Source: an uncultured Acidobacteriota bacterium (lineage in GTDB: Bacteria; Acidobacteriota; Thermoanaerobaculia; Multivoradales; JBCCEF01). Taken from it: a stretch of 64,000 nucleotides of DNA. Under the pieces are notes generated by a model. The model made no database searches and was not told the DNA's origin. It saw only the letters and a program-made list of their open reading frames with translations. Shown here piece after piece: positions 54,422-61,652 of this stretch. The stretch spans positions 960,944 through 1,024,943 of the forward strand of contig CAVSQV010000002.1 of NCBI GenBank assembly GCA_963730155.1, read 5' to 3'. Position numbers and translations under genes: made by a program. Numbering within the stretch: position 1 is the stretch's first letter; each line of letters begins with the position of its first letter.

Positions 54422-55759
54422 TCACGCCTCGAACCGCATCGCCGGGTCGTGCCGGGCGCGGTGGAGGTAGGCGAGGAGGTGCTGGACCATGGCGGTGGTG
54501 ACCAGCTCGACTTCGGCGGCCTGCTGGAAGTAGGCGAGGGCGCGGCGGGCCTCCTTGTGGACGCCGCGGGCGTTGAACACCGGGAGCATCTCGCGCGCCA
54601 GGCGGCGGAGGTCCTCGGCGCGGCGCCGGCGGGCGTAGACCGCGGCGAGGTCGAGCGAGACCAGCGCCGCGTCGTAGACGATCTCCTGCTCGAGGAAGCC
54701 CTGACGGGCGCGCTCGAGGTGACGCTCGGCGGCGTCGAGTTGGCCGAGGCCGAGGTCGATCCGGCCCGCAAGCCAGAGCCGGCGGCGCTGGGTCCAGGGG
54801 TCGTCGAACGCGAGGTAGAGGGGCAGGGTGGTGCGGAAGACGCGGCGCGCCTCCATGTGCTGGTCGAGGGCGACCAGGTTGGATGCGAGGTTGTGGCGCG
54901 CGCAGAGGAGGAGCCGGCGGTCGTGCTTCGGGTCGAAGTCGTCGGCGGCCTCTCGCAGGAGGGTGACGGCCTCCTCGGGACGCCCCGCGACCTCCTGAAC
55001 CGCCGCCAGGGTGATCATCGCCTTGCCGGCGTTTCGAGTCTCGCCGGCGGCGCGGTAGGCGGCGATGGAGCGGCGGAGCAGGCGGGCCGCCTCGTCGAGA
55101 CGCCGCTGCTCCTTGCGCAGCGACGCCTCGAGGTCGAGGAGGCGCGCCCGCTCCACCGGGTCGCCGGTGCCGCGGGCGATCCAGGCGCGCGCCTCGCCGA
55201 TCGCGCGGTCGGCGCCTTCGAGGTCCGAGCGCATCCGGCGGGCGTTGGCCAGATAGGCGAGGCCGCGGGCGCGGAGGTCGGCGATCAGCGCCGGGCCGAT
55301 GTCGGTCTGCTCCAAGGTCGCGGTGACGGCGAGGCCCAGATCGGCGAGCGTCTCGCCGTACTCGGGGTCCTCGAAGCTGACCTCGAGGCTCCGGTCCAGC
55401 GCCAGGTCGGCGAGCGCCCAGCTCCTGAAGCGGGGGTCCTCCTCGAGCCGCCGCCGGCGCTCCCGGTCAGTGAGCAACAGCAGCTCGCCGAAGAGCACCG
55501 GCGCCGCGGCCTGGTCGCGCCGCACCGGGATGCCCGCGCGGTTGGCCCGCGCGATCACCCGCTCGAGGATCGGACGGTAGTCGCCGGACGGCCAGGCGAG
55601 CACCCGCGCCGGGCCGTCCCCCTCGCCGTCGAGGATTCCCCGAAGCCGCTCCCGGCAACGGCGGCACTCGGTGACGTGGCGCAGGACACGGCGCACCAAC
55701 GACGCCCGGATCCCCTCCACCAGGCGCCGCAACAGGTCGTCGTTGGGATGGACGCGCAT
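54422..55759 (-). CDS. Zinc-finger (HC2-like) + TPR-like repeat regulator-type protein
   Basis: 445 aa. N-terminus HPNDDLLRRLVEG...RHVTECRRCRERL resembles anti-sigma zf-HC2. The rest is helical-repeat (LGLAVTATLE..., RAIGEARAWIARG..., ALVSLDLAAVYARRRRAEDLRRLAREMLPVF). Paralog of 57999..59378. Confidence 0.6.
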   Translation of the reverse strand: MRVHPNDDLLRRLVEGIRASLVRRVLRHVTECRRCRERLRGILDGEGDGPARVLAWPSGDYRPILERVIARANRAGIPVRRDQAAAPVLFGELLLLTDRERRRRLEEDPRFRSWALADLALDRSLEVSFEDPEYGETLADLGLAVTATLEQTDIGPALIADLRARGLAYLANARRMRSDLEGADRAIGEARAWIARGTGDPVERARLLDLEASLRKEQRRLDEAARLLRRSIAAYRAAGETRNAGKAMITLAAVQEVAGRPEEAVTLLREAADDFDPKHDRRLLLCARHNLASNLVALDQHMEARRVFRTTLPLYLAFDDPWTQRRRLWLAGRIDLGLGQLDAAERHLERARQGFLEQEIVYDAALVSLDLAAVYARRRRAEDLRRLAREMLPVFNARGVHKEARRALAYFQQAAEVELVTTAMVQHLLAYLHRARHDPAMRFEA

Positions 55760-55985
55760 CGGCAGCCTCCTCTGGAGAGCGACGTCGCACCAGTGCGCGT
55801 AACGTCGCTAAGGCAATTTATTTCCGCAGAAGGATAGTTGAGTCTTCTTCTTCTGTAAACGCCGAGTTCCGCCGGAGCGCTGGCGAAGGCCGCGAGGAAG
55901 GGCCGGCGCCCCCCCTCGCAGAGAAGGGAGGCACCGGGCGAGGTGAAATGGCGGGGGTGCGGGAGAGACGCAGCCGGGCTGCGGG

Positions 55986-56330
55986 TCAGCCGTTGGGATC
56001 CATGTGAGGACCGTCGTCGCCGTTGCCGCCGAGACCGTTGGGGTCCATGTGGGGCCCGTCGTCCCCGCCGGCCGAGAAGCCGTCGGGGTCCATGCCAGGG
56101 CCGTGATCGCTGCCGGCGGACAATGATCCTGGGCCGAAGCCGAACCACTGCGCGATCACCGAGCCGAAGTGGCTCCAGGGCTTCGCCCATCCGTCGCCTT
56201 CGCCACGCCCGTCGGGCGCCGAGGCGGCGGCCGGCGCGGCCGCGCCGAAGCCGAGGAGCAGGGCGATGACGACCGCAGCGGCGGCGGTCCGGATCGAGGA
56301 GCGGCGACGGAAAGTGGTGACGTGAAGCAT
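55986..56330 (-). CDS. Small secreted protein with triple GP(G/H)MDP(D/N)G repeat
   Basis: GGGAGG RBS. Signal/TM RTAAAAVVIALLLGFGAAAPAAASA. C-terminal repeats DHGPGMDPDGF, DDGPHMDPNGL, DDGPHMDPNG. Confidence 0.55.
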   Translation of the reverse strand: MLHVTTFRRRSSIRTAAAAVVIALLLGFGAAAPAAASAPDGRGEGDGWAKPWSHFGSVIAQWFGFGPGSLSAGSDHGPGMDPDGFSAGGDDGPHMDPNGLGGNGDDGPHMDPNG

Positions 56331-56679
56331 GATGCCTCCCTTGCCTGCGGGTCGCCCCCGGCCCGCATGGCCGCGGCCGCCCGCATTACCTATGTGAGTA
56401 AAAGTTTATGGAAGAGGGCAAGGCGAGGCCTGGACGTGGCCTGGAGAGCCGGGCTCAGGGATGCGGCGGCCGCTCCATCGCGTGCATCATCGCGTCGTAA
56501 GCGCGCGGGAATCGTGCGTCGTGGCGGCCTGTTGGCCGGTTCGAGTACGGTCGGCCGTGAAGGCGGCAATCCAGCGCGCCGCGCGCCGGCACCGATCCGT
56601 CCACGGCCCCGACCCGTTATGATCCCCGCGCCGAGGCGCCGCGCCTCGCGACGCGATCACGCCCCACAGGAGGTTGCCC

Positions 56680-57111
56680 GTGCCCTACAGCCCCATGCTC
56701 GTCCAGCCGATGCGCGAAGAGCTGTCCCGGATCGGAGTCGAAGAGCTGCTGACCGCGGAGGACGTCGACCGCTGGTTGGCGGCGAAGGAGGGGACGGCCC
56801 TCCTGGTCGTCAACTCGGTGTGCGGCTGCGCCGCCGGCATGGCCCGCCCCGGCATCCGCCGGGCGCTCGAGCACGGGCAGCGCCCGGACCGCGCCGCCAG
56901 CGTCTTCGCCGGCCAGGACCTCGAGGCCACCGCCCGCGCCCGCGGCCACTTCCCGGACATCCCGCCGTCGAGCCCGTCGATCGCCTTCTTCAAGGACGGC
57001 GAGCTGGTCTACTTCCTGCCCCGGCACCGCATCGAGGGGCGCTCGGCGGACGACGTCGCGCGCGACCTGGTGGCGGCGTTCGAGGAGCACTGCGCCGTCC
57101 CCGCCGGCTGA
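56680..57111 (+). CDS. Bacilliredoxin (BrxA/BrxB, YphP/YqiW family)
   Basis: AGGAGG at 56668-56673 then GTG at 56680 (track ORF starts at the TTG at 56674). VPYSPMLVQPMREEL...LLVVNSVCGCAAGMARP (CGC redox motif)...IAFFKDGELV. Confidence 0.8.
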   Translation: MPYSPMLVQPMREELSRIGVEELLTAEDVDRWLAAKEGTALLVVNSVCGCAAGMARPGIRRALEHGQRPDRAASVFAGQDLEATARARGHFPDIPPSSPSIAFFKDGELVYFLPRHRIEGRSADDVARDLVAAFEEHCAVPAG

Positions 57112-57383
57112 TGGGCACCTTCCACCAGGGCAAGAGCGAGCTCCACGGGATCACGGTCGTGGTCGACACCGCCGGCCCCGAGATCTACGTCGGCCGCTGC
57201 GACGACATGGACGACGACAAGGTGATCCTGCTCGACGCCGACGTCCACCGCGACGGCGAGGGCGGCCGCAGCAAGGACGACTACCTCGCCGCGGCCGCCC
57301 GCTACGGCGTCTGGAAGCGCCACGCGCGGGTGGTGCTGCCGCGGCAGCGGGTGACTTCGGTGCGGCGGCTGGGCGAGCTGTGA
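57111..57383 (+). CDS. Hypothetical small protein coupled to bacilliredoxin gene
   Basis: ATG at 57111 overlaps the brx stop (TGATG). 90 aa, MGTFHQGKSELHGITVVVDTAGPEIYVGRCDDMDDDKVILLDADVHRDGEGG, normal composition. It is the tail of the much longer spurious track ORF 56169..57383. Confidence 0.5.
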   Translation: MGTFHQGKSELHGITVVVDTAGPEIYVGRCDDMDDDKVILLDADVHRDGEGGRSKDDYLAAAARYGVWKRHARVVLPRQRVTSVRRLGEL

Positions 57384-57584
57384 AGGCAGCTGTCCCCCTC
57401 GTTTTCCCAGTGCGAATGATCGCCGACGCAGGCCTGGATTTCATTGATTTAAGATGATGTGACCCTCCCCCGGGAAGCCGTCCATGTCCACGGTGCACTG
57501 CGGAGGGGTACACACGCTTTTAGAGCGGACTTCCCCTCGCCATTCGGGCGGGGGGACGGTAGTCGCTCTCCAGGAGGCCAGGCC

Positions 57585-57884
57585 ATGACCCGTTTCACCC
57601 GCGCTCTTACCGTCCTCGCGCTCGTCATTTCGTTGCTCGTGCTGCCGGCGACGGCGGATGCTTCGCCGCGCCATTCGGACGTCGACCGCGACTCGTACTC
57701 ATTCCTTCTCCGGCTCTGGGAGCGGGTTTCGTTGCTCTGGGGCGCTGGCGGTGGCTCCCTGGACCCGTCGGGCGTCGTCCGTAATCTGGCGCCGACTCCC
57801 GCCCCGGTGGTCTCCGGAGCGTCTTCTGTCGCCGCGGGCGTGGAGCGGCAATCAGCAGGGCAGCGCATAGAGAACCGCTTCTGA
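57585..57884 (+). CDS. Small secreted protein (99 aa)
   Basis: GGAGG RBS, ATG at 57585 (codon 43 of track ORF 57459..57884). Signal peptide MTRFTRALTVLALVISLLVLPATADA. Contains GGGSLDPSGVV, reminiscent of the MDP(D/N)G repeats of 55986..56330. Confidence 0.5.
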   Translation: MTRFTRALTVLALVISLLVLPATADASPRHSDVDRDSYSFLLRLWERVSLLWGAGGGSLDPSGVVRNLAPTPAPVVSGASSVAAGVERQSAGQRIENRF

Positions 57885-57998
57885 TTCCGTGCTCACGCTC
57901 CCACAGACATCGGTCCGTTTGTTTCTTGTCCCGGATTGACGCTGTGGCTAAACTAATGGAATCAGGGAGGCAGTGTTCCGCCGCGAGCTTCAGGCGTC

Positions 57999-59378
57999 GT
58001 GGCGCGCCCTGTCTCGCTGGGTGGGGTCGAGGGCACCCCCACAGGTGGATCGCGGCAGTCGGGAGGTACTGCCCGAACGAAGTGGACCTGCCAGCGTGAG
58101 CGCCGCCGCCGGACGGCAGCGCAGGACTCTCGACAGACCGAGGGAGAGGACGAGTTGCTCGCAAAGGTTCTTCCGTACCCCGCCGGCCGGACGATGCTGG
58201 CGCAGGCCTCATCGCCCGGCGCCGGGAAGCCGCGCCTGCGGGCGCGCCTAGACACGGCGATCGCGGAGATCGGCGCCAGCGAGACGTTGCTCGCGGAGCT
58301 GAGGCGCCGACCCGTCGATCAGTGGCCAGTGCTTTTCGGCAACTCCTCTCGGTTCCACTCGCTGGCGCTGGCTCGAGACCTTCTGCAGGCAGGGCACCGC
58401 GAAGCGTTTGAGGACCCCGTTCGTGGCGTAGCGATGGCCCGAATGGGGGTCGATCTCGTCGATCGTCTCGATCCGGAGCTCTATGGTTCCCGACTGCTCT
58501 CCGACGTGCGCGGACGGGGTTGGGCGGTGATCGGCGAGGGCTACCGCCTGGCCGGTGATCTCAAGGCGGCCGACGCGGCCTTTCGCAAGGCTCTGCGGTG
58601 GGCCGATGACAGCCCGGACCCCGAGGAGAAGGCGTTCCTCCTCTACTTGCTGGGCCTACTGCGCAAAGACCAGCGCCGCTTCGACCAGGCAATGAGGCTC
58701 TTCGGCCGAGCTCGACGGTTGAGCGAGGAGATCTGCGATCGCGAGAAGGTGGCGCGCATCCTCACCTCCACCGGTGGCATGCAGCTCGATCGAGGGCAGC
58801 CGGAAGAAGCCCTGCCGATACTGCTCGAGGCCCTCGAGTGGGTCGACGACGACACGGATTCGCGCGTTGCGCTGTTCGCTCGCACCAACGCCGCGATCTG
58901 CCTGGTCGAGCTCGGCGACGCCCTCGGCGCCCGGGAGCTCGTCGACGAATGCCGAAGCGGCTACCATGCGATCGCCGATTCCTATGTACGGCTCCGCGTC
59001 CGCTGGCTCGAGGGGCGCATCGCCGCCGGGCTCGACGAGACCGAGCGGGCGGAGGGCCTGCTCGCCGCCGCCCGCGCCGAATACCTCGAGCGTGGCCAGC
59101 CCTACAACGCCGCGCTGGTTTCGCTCCATCTCGCAGCCCTCTACGCCCGCCAGGGCCGCAGCGTCGAGCTCAAGGCGCTGGCCGAGGAGATGGCTGCGGT
59201 GTTCGTCGCCCAGGACGTGCCGGCGGAGGCGATCGCGGCGCTCGCGCTGTTCCGCCAGGCGGTCGAGCAGGAGCGGGCGACCGAGGAGCTGGTCGGCGGC
59301 GTCACGCGGTCCCTGCAGCGCGCTCGGACCGAGCCCGGCCTGCGCCTCCGCGCCGCCGGGAGCAAGACCTCCCGCTAG
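57999..59378 (+). CDS. TPR-like repeat regulator-type protein, paralog of 54422..55759
   Basis: Collinear similarity to the paralog: KWTCQRERRRR vs HVTECRRCRERL (zinc ligands partly lost), LLAKVLPYPAG vs ARVLAWPSGD, ALVSLHLAALYARQGRSVELKALAEEMAAVF vs ALVSLDLAAVYARRRRAEDLRRLAREMLPVF. Start uncertain (alternative ATG at 58194). Confidence 0.6.
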   Translation: MARPVSLGGVEGTPTGGSRQSGGTARTKWTCQRERRRRTAAQDSRQTEGEDELLAKVLPYPAGRTMLAQASSPGAGKPRLRARLDTAIAEIGASETLLAELRRRPVDQWPVLFGNSSRFHSLALARDLLQAGHREAFEDPVRGVAMARMGVDLVDRLDPELYGSRLLSDVRGRGWAVIGEGYRLAGDLKAADAAFRKALRWADDSPDPEEKAFLLYLLGLLRKDQRRFDQAMRLFGRARRLSEEICDREKVARILTSTGGMQLDRGQPEEALPILLEALEWVDDDTDSRVALFARTNAAICLVELGDALGARELVDECRSGYHAIADSYVRLRVRWLEGRIAAGLDETERAEGLLAAARAEYLERGQPYNAALVSLHLAALYARQGRSVELKALAEEMAAVFVAQDVPAEAIAALALFRQAVEQERATEELVGGVTRSLQRARTEPGLRLRAAGSKTSR

Positions 59379-59431
59379 CTTCCGCCCAGCCGCGGGCCGG
59401 TGGCGCAGACGGCCGCGGCTACAATGGCCCC

Positions 59432-59797
59432 ATGCTGATCCCTGCCTGGATCGCCGCCGGCGCCTTCCTCGCCGCGGTCGCGATCGCGGCCGGCGCCTTC
59501 GGCGCCCACGGCTTGGCCGACCGCCTCGAGCCGCGCGCGCTCGAACTGTGGGAGACCGCCGCCCGCTATCTGATCTACGCCGCCTTCGGACTGATCGCGG
59601 TCGGCCTTGCCGGCGACCGCCTCGGGCGCGGCGCCGCGGTCGCCGGCTGGGCGCTCGCGGCCGGCGGGGTGATCTTCAGCGGCACGGTGGCGGCGCTCGC
59701 CCTCGGCGCGCCGCGCTGGCTCGGGGCGATCACGCCGATCGGCGGCTTGCTGCTGATCGCCGGCTTCCTGGCGCTGGCCTGGTCGGTCCTGCGCTAG
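59432..59797 (+). CDS. DUF423-family membrane protein
   Basis: ATG at 59432 (last 121 codons of track ORF 58838..59797). AIAAGAFGAHGL...YLIYAAFGLIAVG...GGVIFSGTV: four-TM DUF423 pattern. Confidence 0.75.
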   Translation: MLIPAWIAAGAFLAAVAIAAGAFGAHGLADRLEPRALELWETAARYLIYAAFGLIAVGLAGDRLGRGAAVAGWALAAGGVIFSGTVAALALGAPRWLGAITPIGGLLLIAGFLALAWSVLR

Positions 59798-59861
59798 CCC
59801 GGCCGCGGCCGTCCCCGGCCCCTGGCGGCTCGTCGAGGGGCGGTGCTACGATCCGCGCCGC

Positions 59862-61496
59862 ATGGCCAACGCCGTATTCACACCGCCCCCCCCAGTCAAC
59901 GAGACCGTCCGACCCTACGCCCCGGGCACCCCGGAGCGCGCCACCCTCAAGCAGCGGCTCGACCGGATGCTCGGCGAGCGAGTCGAGATCCCGGTGATCC
60001 TCGGCGGCGAGGAGGTGCGCACCGGCGACGTCGTCGAGGTGGTCTGCCCGCACGACCACGGCCACGTCCTCGCCACCGTCCACCAGGCCGGCGAGGCCGA
60101 GGTGGCGCGCGCCGCCGAGGCCGCCGCGGCGGCGTGGGGCGAGTGGTCGGAGCTGGCGTGGGAGGACCGCGCCGCGATCTTCCTGCGCGCCGCCGAGCTG
60201 CTCGCCGGGCCGTGGCGCGACACGCTTGAACGCCGCCACCATGCTCGGCCAGTCGAAGACCGCGCATCAGGCCGAGATCGACGCCGCCTGCGAGCTGATC
60301 GACTTCTGGCGCTTCAACGTCCAGTTCATGCGCCGGATCTACGAGGAGCAGCCGATCTCGGCGCGCGGCCACTGGAACCGGGTCGAGTACCGGCCGCTCG
60401 AGGGATTCGTGTTCGCGGTCACGCCCGTTCAACTTCACCTCGATCGGCGGCAACCTGCCGACCGCGCCGGCGCTGATGGGCAACACCGTGCTCTGGAAGC
60501 CGGCGTCGACCGCGGTGCTGTCGGCGTACTGGATCCTGCGCCTGCTTGATCGAGGCCGGGCTCCCGCCCGGGGTGATCAACTTCCTCCCCGGCAAGGGAC
60601 GCCACGTCGGCGACCCGGTGCTCGCCCGGCCGGAGCTCGCCGGCATCCACTTCACCGGCTCGACCGGCACCTTCCACGGCATGTGGAGGACGATCGGCGA
60701 GAACATCGCGAGCTACCGCGGCTACCCGCGGATCGTCGGCGAGACCGGCGGCAAGGACTTCGTCTTCGCCCATCCCTCGGCGGATCCCGACGAGGTGCTG
60801 GTGGCGCTCGTCCGCGGCGCCTTCGAGTACCAGGGGCAGAAGTGCTCGGCGGCGTCGCGGGCATACATCCCGCGCTCGATCTGGCGGACCCTCGAGGGCC
60901 GGCTGGCCGAGCAGGTGGGCCGGATCCGCATGGGCACGCCGCTCGACTTCCGCAACTTCATGGGCGCGGTGATCGACGCCAAGGCGTTCCGCGACATCAC
61001 CGGCTACATCGAGCATGCCCGCGCCTCGGACGACGCCGAGATCCTGGTCGGCGGCGGCAGCGACGACTCCGAGGGCTGGTTCATCGAGCCGACCGTGGTG
61101 GTCGCCCGCGACCCGCGCTTCAAGCTGATGCGCGAGGAGATCTTCGGCCCGGTGCTGACCGTCCACGTCTACGACGACGCCGATCTCGACGCCACCGTCG
61201 AGCTGGTCGACACCACCAGCCCCTATGCGCTGACCGGCGCCGTCTTCGCGCGCGAGCGGGCGGTGATCGCGCGGCTCACCAGGGCGCTACGCCACGCCGC
61301 GGGCAACTTCTACATCAACGACAAGCCGACCGGCGCGGTGGTCGGCCAGCAGCCGTTCGGCGGCGCCCGCGCCTCGGGCACCAACGACAAGGCGGGCTCG
61401 GTGGTCAACCTCCTGCGCTGGACCTCGCAGCGCGCGATCAAGGAGAACTTCATCCCGGCGACGAGCTGGGAGTACCCGTACATGCGGGAGCCGTAG
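59862..61496 (+). pseudogene. pruA: L-glutamate gamma-semialdehyde (1-pyrroline-5-carboxylate) dehydrogenase, 3 frame disruptions (about 60225, 60425, 60545)
   Basis: Joined frames: MANAVFTPPPPVNETVRPYAPGTPER...LLAGPWRDTL | NAATMLGQSKTAHQAEIDAACELIDFWRFNV...EGFVFAVTP | FNFTSIGGNLPTAPALMGNTVLWKPAS | IEAGLPPGVINFLPG...ETGGKDF...YQGQKCSAASR...EEIFGPVL...PFGGARASGTNDKAG...YPYMREP. Confidence 0.85.
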
Positions 61497-61498
61497 CC

Positions 61499-61582
61499 CC
61501 GGAGAACCCGCCTGCGGCGGATTCTCCGGCCCAGCCCCGCCTAAGAACTAGGAGCCCGTCCGATACTCGGACGGGCTCCTAG
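61499..61582 (+). terminator. Two tandem GC-rich hairpins after pruA (terminator-like)
   Basis: Hairpin 1: CCGGAGAA...TTCTCCGG (61499-61529) with an inner 5-bp extension. Hairpin 2: a perfect 15-bp stem, CTAGGAGCCCGTCCG (61548-61562), loop ATACT, CGGACGGGCTCCTAG (61568-61582). No U-tract. Confidence 0.5.
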
Positions 61583-61652
61583 CGCCCCGGGCACCGATCC
61601 GCGTCCTCGCGCGTCTAATGCACCAGGTCTCCCGACGAGACCGGTCGTACCG

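Noticed and set aside
56530-56560. GGTTCGAGT string that resembles a tRNA T-arm.
   Set aside because: No acceptor stem, anticodon arm or D-arm can be folded from the flanking sequence, and the loop sequence deviates from GGTTCGA(A/G)TCC. I did not recognise any tRNA or rRNA anywhere in the window.
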